From Podarcis gaigeae (taxonomy: Eukaryota), in the NCBI GenBank assembly GCA_964106915.2, contig OZ066916.1: a DNA stretch of 64,000 nt; one strand, 5' to 3'. The position numbers and the translations under genes were made by a program. Shown here in pieces: positions 50,215-62,511 of the stretch. The notes beneath the pieces were generated by a model that ran no database searches, was not told the origin of the DNA, and worked only from the letters and a program-made list of their open reading frames with translations. Every line of letters starts with the position of its first letter. The first letter of the stretch is position 1.

Positions 50215-50665
50215 GGTTTTTTCAGTCTAGAAAAATGGCAGGCAAGGGGGAGACATGATAGAGCTGCAAAAATCTGAGTATTGTGTGAAGGAAGTGGATA
50301 TACAGAAGTGTTTCTTCCCACCTTTCTTTCTCACAACACTGGAACCTGGGTTCAGCCACAGAAAGTGAATGGGGAGAGATTTGGGACAGGCAGAAGGAAG
50401 TACTTCTTAACTCACCCCATAGTGAAACTATGGGATTTGCTACCAATAAAATGTAGCAATAACCACCTATAAGGATGGCTGTAATAGGAGGGGAAAAACA
50501 AGTTCATGGAGCATAAAGTGATCAATAGCTACTAGTCATGATGGCTAAATATTACTTCCAGTGCTATAGGAAGTGATAACAGCTGCTAGGAATCATCTGT
50601 GTGGAGAGTGCCATGGGAATAGAATGCTGGATTAGATAGGCCTTTGATTTGATCCAACAGGGCTT
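50215..50665 (+). mobile_element. old CR1 ORF2 end + 3'UTR
   Basis: FSLEK..RGDMIE, RFGTGRRKYFLTHPIVKLWDLLP, then a UTR ending gctggattagataggcct..tgatccaacagggct. Confidence 0.8.
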
Positions 50666-50938
50666 ATGGGTTGCAATTTAGCAACCCGTGTCTCAGTAAG
50701 TATTCGGGTGCCATAAATTAGGTTCTCACAACTTGTGACCAATCTTACAACTTGGACTCAATAAATCTTACGTTTTGACAGCCAGTCTGGTGCTTCAAGA
50801 AGGATGGGGACGTGAAGCACCAAATATATCACAAAACAGAGAGAGAGGAGGCAGATTATATGTTGAAAAAACAACAGTGTAATTCTATGCATGCCAGAAT
50901 TAGAAGACGTGTCTACTCCCAGGGAAATGTGCATAAGT

Positions 50939-51164
50939 TAAGGGCTGCCATATGTCCGGGTTTTCCTGGACACGTCAGGGAATTTGGGCGGAAAATGGCA
51001 TCTAGGCAGATTTTCGGCAAATCGGAAGGAAATAAATGTCTGGGGAAACGCAGACATGTGGCAAAGGGGGAGATAATAATAATAATAAATTAAAATTTTA
51101 AAAAGGCCAAAAACTTTGCTTTTGGGAGGAGATGTTTTTCACTTTTGGGAATATGGCAACCCTA
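50939..51164. mobile_element. hAT (Blackjack-like) MITE
   Basis: TIR agggctgccatat / atatggcaacccta; TSD gcataagt/gcataaac. Confidence 0.75.
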
Positions 51165-51402
51165 GCATAAACCCAAATGCAGCCCAAAAGTACTGTTCCT
51201 TTAGGCCAGGACTGAGGAACTTGTGGCCTTCCAAGCATTGTTGGCAGCCCTAACTATTTCTGAACCATGGACGTACTAACATCTAGGTTTCACATCCCAG
51301 CATTAAATCATTATGTGTGTGCATGTCTATGTGTGCATGTGGACCAAATATATTTGATGTATTTGAAAATAATCACACAGAAAGGAAATTGACACCATAA
51401 GT

Positions 51403-51602
51403 CAACCTTGGCCAACCTGGTGCCCTCCATACGTTTTGAACTACAACTCCCATCAGCCCCTGTCAATAGGTGCTGATTGGGACTGTTGCGAGCTGTAGTC
51501 CAAAATGTTTTATTTTTTTAAAAAAGAGTGCCGCTCTACAACACAAATAGTTTCAAGGTGGCCTGCAGATACACATGGAAGGCACCAGGTTGGTCCAGGC
51601 TG
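51403..51602. mobile_element. short hAT-type MITE with internal extra segment
   Basis: caaccttggccaacctggtgccctcca ... tggaaggcaccaggttggtccaggctg. Confidence 0.75.
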
Positions 51603-52302
51603 CCGTAAGTATTCAAAAAATGTATGCTATCTCTCGTCACACACCACCCTTCCTCTTTATGGCAGTCCAGTCCATTCAGAAATTTCAGAATTATACCTTA
51701 ATTGTGCCATAAAGGTGAGGCACCATGGTGGCCGCCACAGCAGAAAACAGCTCCTGAACCGAGCCAGAGTAAACGGCTCTGGCTGGCTGGCTCCTGGGCT
51801 GCTAGGACTGCTGCCGCCTGCGCCGATAGGAGAGAAGAATCGGGGGCGCCCGGTGCGTCTATCAGAGGAGCCGAACCCCCCCCCTCCCCATTACCTTGAT
51901 CAAGCTGGGCACTCACCCAACAACCCAGAGGAGCTCCAGGACCAGGAGGACCACGGAGCTAATGCGAAGAGGGGGAAGGAAAGGGGGAAAGAGAAAGAGA
52001 GAAAGAAAAAGGAGTCCCAACCTTACTGTTGCTGCTGCCATCGCTGCCGCTGATGGGAAAGAAGAGGAGAGTACGCACCACTGAGGAGACTGCGGGAACC
52101 CCAGAGAAGCCCTCAAGACACAACCCAGATGGGACACAAATGACTGCCTAATCCAGACGCTCTGTAAAAGCCACCAGTCAACAACGCCTGTGCAGCTCAG
52201 CAACATCCAGGAACCACCACCGCCACCACTCCAAATCACAACACCCTCCTCCCCAAGAGGACATCAAGCAGTCCTTAAACCAAAAACATCAGTGAGACTG
52301 CA

Positions 52303-53258
52303 TTGACACCAACCAGGGAGATGGCAAACATCACTGAGAACACAACACACACACCCCACCAAGATGAGAATGACACAAGAACAAAACAAGAACTGAAGGA
52401 AGTGAAAACAAGACTAACAGAACTACTGAAGGTGTTTAGTGACCTGACCTCCAAAGTGGAAACTCTAGAAAACAAGAACCAAATACAAGAAAGAATAATA
52501 GAGGAGTACCGAGAGAAAAACACACGTGTGAATAATAAGTTGGCTGAACTAGAAAGCCACCTGGAAAGAATAGAAACGGAAAACACAGAAATGAAAATCA
52601 AACAAGCAGACCTCAAAGATTGCGGTAGATGCTGCAACATCCACTTCTGCAACTTTCCTGAAAAAGTGGAGGAGAAAACCCCAGCAAACCTAATTGTTCG
52701 CTGGCTGAAAAATACTATCCCAAACCTGGCACTCAAGGTAGATGACCTGGGGAGGGCTCACAGAGCCCTAAAACCTATGCCGAACCCCCCCCCCCCCAAG
52801 AGACATCATTGTAATAATAATAATAATAATAATAATTGTGTGCTTCACACCCTACAAAAAGAAAGGTATGGAACAACCTCAGAAACTCAACCAACCTTCG
52901 ATATGGAGACAACCCAATATTGGCCTTACAGGATTTATCTCAGGACACCCTAAATCGGAGGAAAAGCCTACGCCCATGCACCCAGCATCTCCAACAAGCA
53001 GGGATCAAGTACCGATGGGGCTTCCCCTTCTGCCTCATTGTAACAACCAACAGAGCACAACACATGGCTACCAACATACCCAACGTTGGCGTCACAAAGA
53101 CGCTTAACACCGTCTCACTGACCACCCCCTATTGCAAACGACAGGGAGGACGGCCTGCCCCTGAACCAGGCCCTCCACACCAGCTGAGACTTAGAACCAA
53201 CCGACTAAACACCAGAAGGCCCCCAAAACCCCAAAAACACCTATATGACTACATATAG
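52303..53258 (+). pseudogene. L1 ORF1 remnant (coiled coil + RRM/CTD), frameshifted
   Basis: heptad-rich region, DLKDCGRCCNIHFCNFPE (DLENRSRRNNI..PE-like), RAHRAL, LQDLSQDTLNRRKSL..., IKYRWGFPF; (TAA)n insertion at 52812-52836. Confidence 0.85.
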
Positions 53259-53379
53259 GATACTCTCTATAATTTACCCCCAACTCTTTAACCCAAATCT
53301 AATCCTAATCCCACTAGTCCCCCACCCACAACACGCTAGGTCAGTGCAACCCATTGGTTCGTTAAACAACACAAAGTTG

Positions 53380-54911
53380 GGCCCACAGGTAAACTTTGCA
53401 AAGTCAGAAGCTATGTGCTTCAACACCCCTCCTCACACCCAAAAAGAACTCACTAATGTCACCAAAATAAAACTTTGCCACACCAAGTTCAGATACCTAG
53501 GGGTACAAATAACCAGAAACCTCAATAAATTGTACCTCCACAACTACAAGCCCCTGTGACAACAAATGAACAAAGACTTAAAGAGATGGAACAACATGAA
53601 TTCCACTCTTTCAGGCAAAATAGCCATGATCAAAATGATCACCCTCCCAAAATTAACCTACCTATTCCAAACCCTCCCAATCTGGATTCCCCCAACCCAA
53701 CTCCGCAGATGGCAGAGAAAACCACACTCTTTTATCTTTTCACATAAAAACCAAGAATAAGCCCCAAATACCTGCACCTCCCCACCTCAGAAGGAGGATG
53801 GGGAATCCCCAACATAGAAGCATATTACATTGCCAACCAAATACGCCATATAATCCCATATATACTAGAAGATGAGACAAAACCATGGATACACTTAGAG
53901 AGGAACACAATTGAAAATACCTACACCACAGCATACCCACTCCTACCAAACTAACTAAGGAAAATTCCCACAACATTTAACAGGTACACACAGACCATGC
54001 TCAAAACATGGAAAACAGAAATAGGCAAACTATCCCCAACCCCATCCCCAATAATTCCCCATGTGTACCACCCATTATTCCACCATGCAGCACAAAACCT
54101 CCAGATAAAAACCTGGCAAACCAAAGGCTTCTATCGCCTAATAGACTTCTATAAAAATAACAAACCTTTGTCAACACAAGAAATACAGGACAAACTATAA
54201 GACTATAAGATACCCAAATGCCTTGGTTAGCACAACACCAATTACATGCCCTCTTAAACAATCCAGCAGTAAAATCAGCAGTAACTAGGCCCCTGACAAC
54301 CTTCGAAAACCTTCTCCTAACAACAAAGGGACACGGTAAAGGGATGGTATCTGCAGTATACAAAATACTACTCCAAAATCCCACGAACCTCCTAGACACA
54401 ATCAAAAACCAATGGGAGGATGACATAGGCTATGAGATTAACCCCACTCAATGGACCAGAATGTGGTCTAAACCCCCCCCCCCCTTTAAATCCATATCAA
54501 CGAAAAGAAAAGAATTCACTCTGAAACTCACCTACAGGTGGTTCCTTAAAACCCAGAAAACTATGTAAAATAACTAAGCATGTATTAGCATTCACCCCAG
54601 AATTGACCCTACTAAACATCTTCCAAGACAATAATGCCCACAAAGAACTCATAACCCACCTACTTTCAGCAGCCAGAAACATCATAACCAGACACTGGAG
54701 AGACCAGTCAGGAGTAAGCATGGACCAATGGTACCAAATAGTATGGGAAACAGCCTTACTAGAAAAATTAACTAATAAACTAAAACTGACACGGGGACAA
54801 ATAGAAGAAGATGCCTTCACCCCGGTATGGCTCCCCTTTATCACACACACAGCCCAACAAGACAATGACAAAAATCCACCAACAACATACAAATCAAGAT
54901 GGCTAACCTGA
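53380..54911 (+). pseudogene. L1 ORF2 C-terminal remnant (late RT/thumb onward), with stops and frameshifts
   Basis: VNFAKSE, FRYLGVQIT, LSGKIAMIKMITLPKLTYLFQTLP, GGWGIPNIEAYYIANQ, WEDDIG, LLSAARNIITRHW. Confidence 0.88.
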
Positions 54912-55569
54912 TCCAAAACACCCACCCACCCCACTCACACATGTAAACAAAGATCACCACAACCAATCACAAATAAACAACCACACCCTAGGCCAACCCC
55001 AACCTCTCTCACCACCAAAGGAACACAAGTGAACAGCAGAGAACCTGCACAAGCAACGCTGACACAAAACCCCACATATATGAAGTAAAATAGAAATATC
55101 GCCACCCCACCCCCACTCACCTTTCCCCCTCTACCTCTTTCCCCCTTTTCTTCCTAATGTCTCAACAAATGAAACTGATCTGTAAAAAATGTTACTTGAA
55201 AAAAAGAGAGAGACATTGCACATACTTTTGTAAACCAAGAAAATCTTTAATAAAAATAAAATAAAATTGTGCTATAAATGTGTGAACCCTCCGGGAGATA
55301 ATTCATAGACTTGTACAGGAAAGAAGAAACCATCATTTGTAATCAATATCCAATTAATTCCCTAGGCTTAACAATTTCCGCAATGATTAAAAAAACCTCC
55401 TGCACTAGAAATATTGTCTTCAGATAGCCCTACTGAGCCCAGGTTTTCTGTAGGACTGACCACTAGAATTATAGCAACTAAACACATGAATAATGCTGCA
55501 TTCATCTGTCTGTCTGTCTGTCTGTCTGTCTGTGTATCATCTATCTATCTCCCATCAATTTATTAGTGA

Positions 55570-55990
55570 TCTCCCCACCACCTACCACTGAATTTCTGTT
55601 CAGTTCGCATTTAATTAAAACTTTCTGAACAATATTGAAATAAAATAGAGGCCACCCTTCAAAAATTGTACTTTTAATAGATTTGCTGTTCAGTTCTCCA
55701 GCCAAATAAGGTGTGCAGACATGCCCGTACTAGGGTAAAGTGTGCAAATAAATGCATAGGTTAGTGAAAATAACTCACAAAATGCATCGCAGTAAGGGAA
55801 AATTGCTTTTCAAAAATGTGTGCCTTAGCCAAAACTGCATGAAAAGTGTGTTCATTAGGGGGAATGTGCACGAAAATGTTTATAAATTTGTATTTGCAAT
55901 TTAACCAAAATTCACAAATTCCTGCGGAAATGTTGAGAACTGAATTCAAGACTGGAAAAATTAGAAACAGGCATATTCGTCATTCCCTGC
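55570..55990. mobile_element. AT-rich non-autonomous DNA-transposon-like repeat
   Basis: ttcagttcgcattt... internal aaaatg(t/c) repeats ... ending cattccctg; similar start at 29735-29775. Confidence 0.5.
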
Positions 55991-56829
55991 TCTTAACAAA
56001 AATAGTCAAGATTTTGAAATGTAGTACATGCCAGCAAATTAATTTTATTGTTTTATTCATTACTCAGATTGCTAAAACAGGGCAGATTACAGCGTAGAAA
56101 AATAAAGTGGTGCCATCACACTCAAATGATGAAAGCAGGTAAAATATAACAAATGAAGTTATCATCTGTAACTCTGGACTGTCATAAAACTTTGACAGAG
56201 AGTCCCATCAATGCCATCAGACTCCTGCAAAGGCAGAGGTATGTTTTCATTTGGCACCTGAAGGTGTGTCAGATGCAGTTGCCAAACAAGGCCGTGCCTT
56301 GTTTACAGGTAAAGTTTACAGGTTAGCAATGTTCTTAGGCAATCTGGTAAATAGTATGTACAGTATACAGTGTACACGAATGTACAGTGAGACATTGGTC
56401 ATCTCTGCTGTATTGAATGGATGCAGCAGATCCTGTATCATAAGTGTTTTTCAGTGAAATGAATGCAGCTTAGTCATAGATTCAGGGTGGGGAAACTCCT
56501 CCTCATTTGGCACTCTGTTTGGTCCCCAGGCTGCCCCCTGACTTTCCAGACCCCAGCCTACTATACAAAGGTAAAATTAACATTCATTGCTCCATCCACT
56601 TTGCCTCTGGCTCTGTCAGGATCCTAGAGCCCTCCCAGCTCCTTCCCAAAGCTGGGAAGGTGCTAACTAGACTTAGGGGAGGAAGTGGGAAGAATCTAGC
56701 ACCTTGCTTACCCAGCTCTGGGAAAGCAGTTTGAGGCCTGCGGAGAGGAGCCCCTCAAATGTTGCCAAGGGCTGCCCAAAATGCCTTGAGGGTTGCATTG
56801 GACCACCTTGTGCTATGGAATTGTAGGTG

Positions 56830-57535
56830 ATCAGAACACGAGTCAGCTGTGTGGTATGACTGCAAAAAGGATGGGCAAAATTGTAGGCTGCATCAATAGA
56901 TGCAGAATTAATGGAACTTTGTTCTGCACTAGTGATATATCATCTGAAGTACAGTGTCCAATTCTGGATCTTGCAGTTTGAATTCTTCTGTGCAAAGCTT
57001 GTAAACTGCGCGTGGGGAACCTCTGGCCTGACACAGATCCCAATTTGGCCTTTCCCCCAAACCACACCCACCTACCCTATACCGGACGTCTTATGTGATG
57101 TCATGTGTGATGCACTCAATCACAGAGTCGATCCATGCAGAGAGCAGCTTTGCCAGCCCTATGTTTGGTGCTTTGCCAAGCAAAGGGCGGCAAAACCCCA
57201 TGCGCTATCGTTCCCAAGTGCCTGGCAGCCAACTGGCTATTGAGTCCTTGGGAAGTGCTGCGCAAGGGACACCTGGGTGGGACAAACCGCCTGTCAGTCA
57301 TCTGACATAACGATGCCTGGTGATTGACAAGAGAGTTGTCCAGCCCACCTGTCAGCACCAGCCTATGGAGGGTGAGGACAGATAGCAATCTGGCCCATCA
57401 GGCCAAAAAAGGTTCCTTGATCTGGACAAACTGGAACAGTTTCAGAGGAGTACAATGAAGGTGGTCAGTGGGGGGAAAGTCCCATGAGAGGAAAGCTGGA
57501 GGAACCAGGTATGCTTAGCCTGGAAAAGAGAAGAG
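56830..57535 (+). mobile_element. degenerate CR1 ORF2 fragment split by a MITE (about 57005-57420)
   Basis: GCINR, YSVQFW before the MITE; DKLEQFQRS...GMLSLEKRR after it. Confidence 0.65.
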
Positions 57536-58192
57536 TGAATGTTCAGGTCAATTCTGTGTCCAGGGCAGCTGTTTACCAGCTCCATCTGGTACGCAGGCTG
57601 AGACCCTATCTGCCCATGGACTGTCTCGCCAGAGTGGTGCATGCTATGGTTATCTCTCGCTTGGACTACTGCAACGCGCTCTATTGGGGCTACCTTTGAA
57701 GGTGACCCAGAAACTACAAAAATCCAGAATGTGGCAGCTAGACTGGTGACTGGAAGCGACCACCGAGACCACATAACACTGGTCTTGAAAGACCTACATT
57801 GGTTCCCAGTACGTTTCCGAGCACAATTCAAAGTGTTGGTGCTGACCTTTAAAGCCCTAAACGGCCTCGGCCCAGTATACCTGAAGGAGCATCTCCACCC
57901 CTTTCGTTCAGCCCTGACACAGAGGTCCAGTGCCGAGGACCTTCTGGCAGTTCCCTCATTGTGAGATGCCAAGTTACAGGGAACCAGGCAGAAGGCCTTC
58001 TTGGTAGTGGCACCCACCCTGTGGAATGCCCTCCCACTAGATGTCAAAGAGAACAACAACTAACACGCTTTTAGAAGACATCTGAAGGCAGCCCTGTTTA
58101 GGGAAGCTTTTAATGTTTGATGGACTACTCTAGTTTAATATTTTGTTGAAAGCTGCCCAGAGTGGCTGGGGAAACCCAGCCAGATGGCGGGG

Positions 58193-58234
<42 letters not shown>
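57536..58234 (+). mobile_element. L2 LINE 3' portion with (TAA)n tail
   Basis: VHAMVISRLDYCNALY, IQNVAARLV, LHWFPVRFRAQFKVLVLTFKALNGLGPVYL. Confidence 0.95.
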
Positions 58235-58236
<2 letters not shown>

Positions 58237-58288
58237 ACTGGGTTGAAGAAAAACCTAGTCATAATCAGTGCAGATCCTTTGAAATCAT

Positions 58289-58372
58289 TGGGGAGGGGCT
58301 ATAGCTCAGTGGTCCCAGCTTCAGTCCCTGGCACTGTAAGGTGGGGTTGGGAGAGACCCCTGCCAGCACTGG
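58289..58372 (+). mobile_element. Squam3-like SINE, internally deleted
   Basis: ggggaggggctatagctcagtggt...ttcagtccctggca...gggttgggagagacccctgcc. Confidence 0.6.
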
Positions 58373-59445
58373 GGTGCCTGCCTGACGTCTGCCTGGAGGG
58401 TGTGTGTACTGTGCCCCATTGGGGTAGTGGTGGTGGAAATACTCGGGGGGGCATAAAAATGGGGGGGCCAATGAAGGTCAGTTGGCGGGGAGTAAGAAAT
58501 GCCCCTATTTTCATCTGAGGAATGTTGGGAGGTATGTCTATTAAAGGCATGGGGCAGGCACATATTAATAGTCCGTGTGGGGTATCCAATGTTGATCAGA
58601 CCCAAAGCAGATCCATTGAAACCAATGGACTTTGGTGCATTGAGTTCAAGGGGCCTACTGTGATGTTGTTGGATATTATTGAATAGTACCATGGAATGGG
58701 TACCGTAAATTCTTAGAATTTGTTCGAAATCTACAGTATTTATTTCTGAGGTTGGTCTTCAAATGCACAAATCATATGCAGTCTTTAGCAGGAGAATGAT
58801 TATAGCCGTAATGGAAATTCTCAGTGTGGATTTGAACGTTATTGATGTCTGAGTGACAAAATACTTACATATAGCATGTGCCTATGGAGTTGCCTGCGTG
58901 ATCTCTGAATCCAGACTGCAGAACTGAAAACAATCAGAAAGGAGCCCTTTCTTCATGACGTACTGTTTGCTGTGTTAAGTGTTGGCTTATTTATGCGGAG
59001 TTTGGAAAATCTGCCATCGAGCAAGGGGCCATCCATCAGCTAAGGAAATGAAAAGGCATTTGGGAATGGGAATTATAAGGACACAGAAAGAGACACGCAC
59101 AGAGAGAAATAGACAGGAGCCAGTCTCTTCTAAGTTCTTAGTTTGGGCACCAAGTTAAGACACAAAAGCATTTGCAACAACATTGTGGGAAGAAAGAATA
59201 AAAGCGAGGCTGTACAGCCATTAAGGCAATTAAGGAAAGATTAAGGTTGCTTTTTGTTGAAAGACCCATTAATCAATAGGCCAGAATTCACAGCATGTTG
59301 CAAAACATAAGTCTACAAAAAAAAAAAAGAAGGAAAAAAAGGAAGAGGGGGCAGGGTGGGGGCACAGACCAAACCACTGGCCCCAATTCAGAGTTCCTCT
59401 TGAGAAGCAGTGGACTGTGTATAAGCTGCTGCATTCAAGGATCAG

Positions 59446-59580
59446 NNNNNNNNNNNNNNNNNNNNNNNNNNNNNNNNNNNNNNNNNNNNNNNNNNNNNNN
59501 NNNNNNNNNNNNNNNNNNNNNNNNNNNNNNNNNNNNNNNNNNNNNNNNNNNNNNNNNNNNNNNNNNNNNNNNNNNNNNNN
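59446..59580. other. assembly gap (N run)
   Basis: 135 N. Confidence 1.
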
Positions 59581-59984
59581 AGGGATACCTGAAGCCACAC
59601 ATGCACACCCAAAGGAGATAAGAATTTAATGCTACCAATTAGTGCTATGACGAATCTTGCCTTCAGATTTCCAGATGATTTTTTGTCCCATGTGAAAGAG
59701 GCTGGATTCCTCTTGTCTCTGCCTCTTTCTCAGGAGGCTTGAGAAATTCACAAAATTTGCAGTTTACACTTGCCTTACACATGACGTGGCCAAGCGGGTG
59801 TGAGTAAGTGAACAGCCTCTTTCATTGTGCAATTATTTCTTGGCACTCTGCAATCTTCCCAGCCCACACTTCCTAAAAACTCCATGATGTCCATGTTCGC
59901 TGCGCTTTCCTGTGAGTGCATGTTGGAAGGCTGAAGGGTGCAGACTGCAAGAGTGCGGATGGGTAGAATGCACTCACATAAGGT

Positions 59985-60857
59985 TAGACAAACCAAAATG
60001 CTTGTTTACAAAGCTATTGTACTACCAACCTTACTGTATGCTTGTGAAACATGGACCACTTATAAACGCCATCTCCAACTCCTCGAAAGATTCCATCAAC
60101 AGTGTCTCCAGAAATTTTTACATGTCACTTGGGAATACAGGTGAACTAATACCAATAACACTAATACTGGAAGAAGCAAAGATCACCAGTGCTGAAGCAA
60201 TGATTCTTCAACATCAACTTTGTTGGACTGGTCATGTTGTTCGGATGTCTTCCAAAGCAACTACAGTGGTACCTCAGGTTCAGACACTTCAGGTTACAGA
60301 CTCCGCTAACCCAGAAATAGTACCTCAGGTTAAGAAATTTGCTTCAGGTTGAGAACAGAAATCGCGCAGCAGCGGTGTGGTGGCAGCGGGAGGCCCCATT
60401 AGCTAATGTGGTGCTTCAGATTAAGAACAGTTTCAGGTTAAGAACAAACCTCCAGAACGAATTAAGTTCTTAACCCGAGATACCACCGTGTAATGCTGGA
60501 AAGTGTAATGCTGGTGGTCAACAAAAAAGGTTTAAAGACAAGGCAATTTTTTAAAAAATGTAGTATAAACACCAACAATTGGGAAACACTGGCCTGCGAG
60601 TGCTCCAATTGGAGTACAGCGTTTACCAAAGGTGTCATGGGCTTTGAAGACACTCGAACTCAGGACGCAAGGGAGAAATGTGCTTAGAGGAAGGCACGCT
60701 TGGCAAATCCACACAGTGATCAACTCCTGCCCAGAAACCAATGTCCCCACTGTGGAAGGATGTGTGGATCCAGAATTGGCCTCCACACTCACTTGCAGAC
60801 TCATTGTTAAAACCGTGTTTATGGAAGACAATCTTACTCTGCTATGAGTGATTGCCA

Positions 60858-60904
<47 letters not shown>
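59985..60904 (+). mobile_element. RTE-clade LINE 3' portion with (AAAG)n tail, split by a MITE
   Basis: TKMLVYKAIVLPTLLYACETWT..LERFHQQCL, WTGHVVRM, WETLACECSNW, C-terminal CPHCGR; tail at 60857-60904. Confidence 0.93.
60264..60488. mobile_element. Tigger-like MITE inserted in the RTE LINE
   Basis: left TA+cagtggtacctc; right end gagataccaccg is degenerate. Confidence 0.9.
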
Positions 60905-60905
<1 letters not shown>

Positions 60906-61369
60906 GAAAACACTGGTCACCTGGGAAGTAAGGCAAATGCAACAAAAAGCCAACATCCCACTCATTATTCCCTTGGATAATTTTCTAACTAAATTTACTT
61001 TCTCATTCATTGAGGATAAATGGTCTGGGAAACATCTTGGCACATCGCTAGGACCAAGTTTGTGTTTAGAGGTTCCGTGGGCATTGGATACATCATCCTT
61101 CTATGTGAACTGTTTTTCCCCATGAGGGATTGCAATGTATGAAAGCAGTAACTAAATATATCTTAAGCCAAATGATGTGGAGGCGTCGTAGTGAAAATTC
61201 CTGTTGTTTTGCATAAATCAAAGGCCTCTGTAAACAGGCAGGTTTTCAGCATGCACTGAAACTGCACAATCATTGGCACATGTCTTCTTTTTAAACACGT
61301 GCACTGTAAACCTATACCCGTCTACCTGGGAGTAAGCCCCTTGGAATCCAGAGAGACTTACTATGCCCA

Positions 61370-61731
61370 ACATGCCTGTCTCTGCCCCTCCCTCTTCTGG
61401 TCCTGGGAGACTAGGGGGAGGAGAGATGGTCACAGCCAGAGGGGGAGACACCCTGGCTTTGTCACCAACCTGACTCATCTCTGCCTCTTGGCCTCCCTCT
61501 TCTCCGGCTTCCGCCTCTGCTTCTGATTTGGGATTTCTCTCTGCCATAGACTCTCCCTGCTCACCACGCCCTGTTACCTCTTCAGCTTCTGACACCTCCT
61601 CCTCCCAGGCTTCTCCTTCTGACCACTTGACATAGTCCCACCACCAGTCCCCTGGCTCTGAGTCTTCTTCCCATGGGGGTTCCCCAGCTGGTGCCTCCCA
61701 CTTTTCCTCTGTGTCCAGCCAGTCTACAACA
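61370..61731 (-). mobile_element. probable LTR fragment (Gypsy-like), 5' part
   Basis: minus strand begins TGTTGTAGACTGGCTGGACACAGAGG, purine-rich; resembles a recalled lacertid LTR family; no CA end found. Confidence 0.6.
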
Positions 61732-62511
61732 GGATGAATTTTAAAAGGGAGAAATGTAAAGTATTGCGCTTGGGCAAAAAAAAAATGAGAGGCACAAATA
61801 CAAGATGGGTGACACCTGGCTTGAGAGCAGTACATGTGAAAAGGATCTAGGAGTCTTGGTTGACCACAAACTTGACATGAGCCAACAGTGTGACGCGGCA
61901 GCTAAAAAAGCCAATGCAATTCTGGGCTGCATCAATAGGAGTATAGCATCTAGATCAAGGGAAGTAATAGTGCCACTGTATTCTGCTCTGGTCAGACCTC
62001 ACCTGGAGTACTGTGTCCAGTTCTGGGCACCACAGTTCAAGAAGGACACTGACAAACTGGAACGTGTCCAGAGGGGGGCAACCAGAATGGTCAAAGGCCT
62101 GGAAACGATGCCTTATGAGGAACGGCTAAGGGAGCTGGGCATGTTTAGCCTGGAGAAGAGGAGGTTAAGGGGTGATATGATAGCCATGTTCAAATATATA
62201 AAAGGATGTCACATAGAGGAGGGAGAAAGGTTGTTTTCTGCTGCTCCAGAGAAGCGGACACGGAGCAATGGATCCAAGCTACAAGAAAGAAGATTCCACC
62301 TAAACATTAGGAAGAACTTCCTGACAGTAAGAGCTGTTCGACAGTGGAATTTGCTGCCAAGGAGTGTGGTGTAGTCTCCTTCTTTGGAGGTCTTTAAGCA
62401 GAGGCTTGACAACCATATGTCAGGAGTGCTCTGATGGTGTTTCCTGCTTGGCCGGGGGTTGGACTCGATGGCCCTTGTGGTCCCTTCCAACTCTATGATT
62501 CTATGATTCTA
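61732..62511 (+). mobile_element. young CR1 LINE, 5'-truncated
   Basis: ORF 61805-62374 [55 protein letters not shown]; ends ctatgattctatgattcta. Confidence 0.97.

Larger units (their letters stand above)
51714..55264 (+). mobile_element. L1-clade LINE with both termini present and internal deletions
   Basis: GC-rich 5'UTR, ORF1 and ORF2 remnants, A-rich tail aataaaaataaaataaaa; 14-bp TSD aattgtgc(c/t)ataaa at 51700-51713 and 55265-55278 at a TT/AA site. Confidence 0.9.

Noticed and set aside
57442-58059. 205-aa minus-strand ORF (and similar ORFs at 17900, 33282, 15239 and 62209)
   Set aside because: Antisense reading frames of L2, Bov-B or CR1 coding sequence
61218-61835. 205-aa ORF as a host gene
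   Set aside because: Chimeric read-through of antisense CR1, an LTR-like fragment and a MITE
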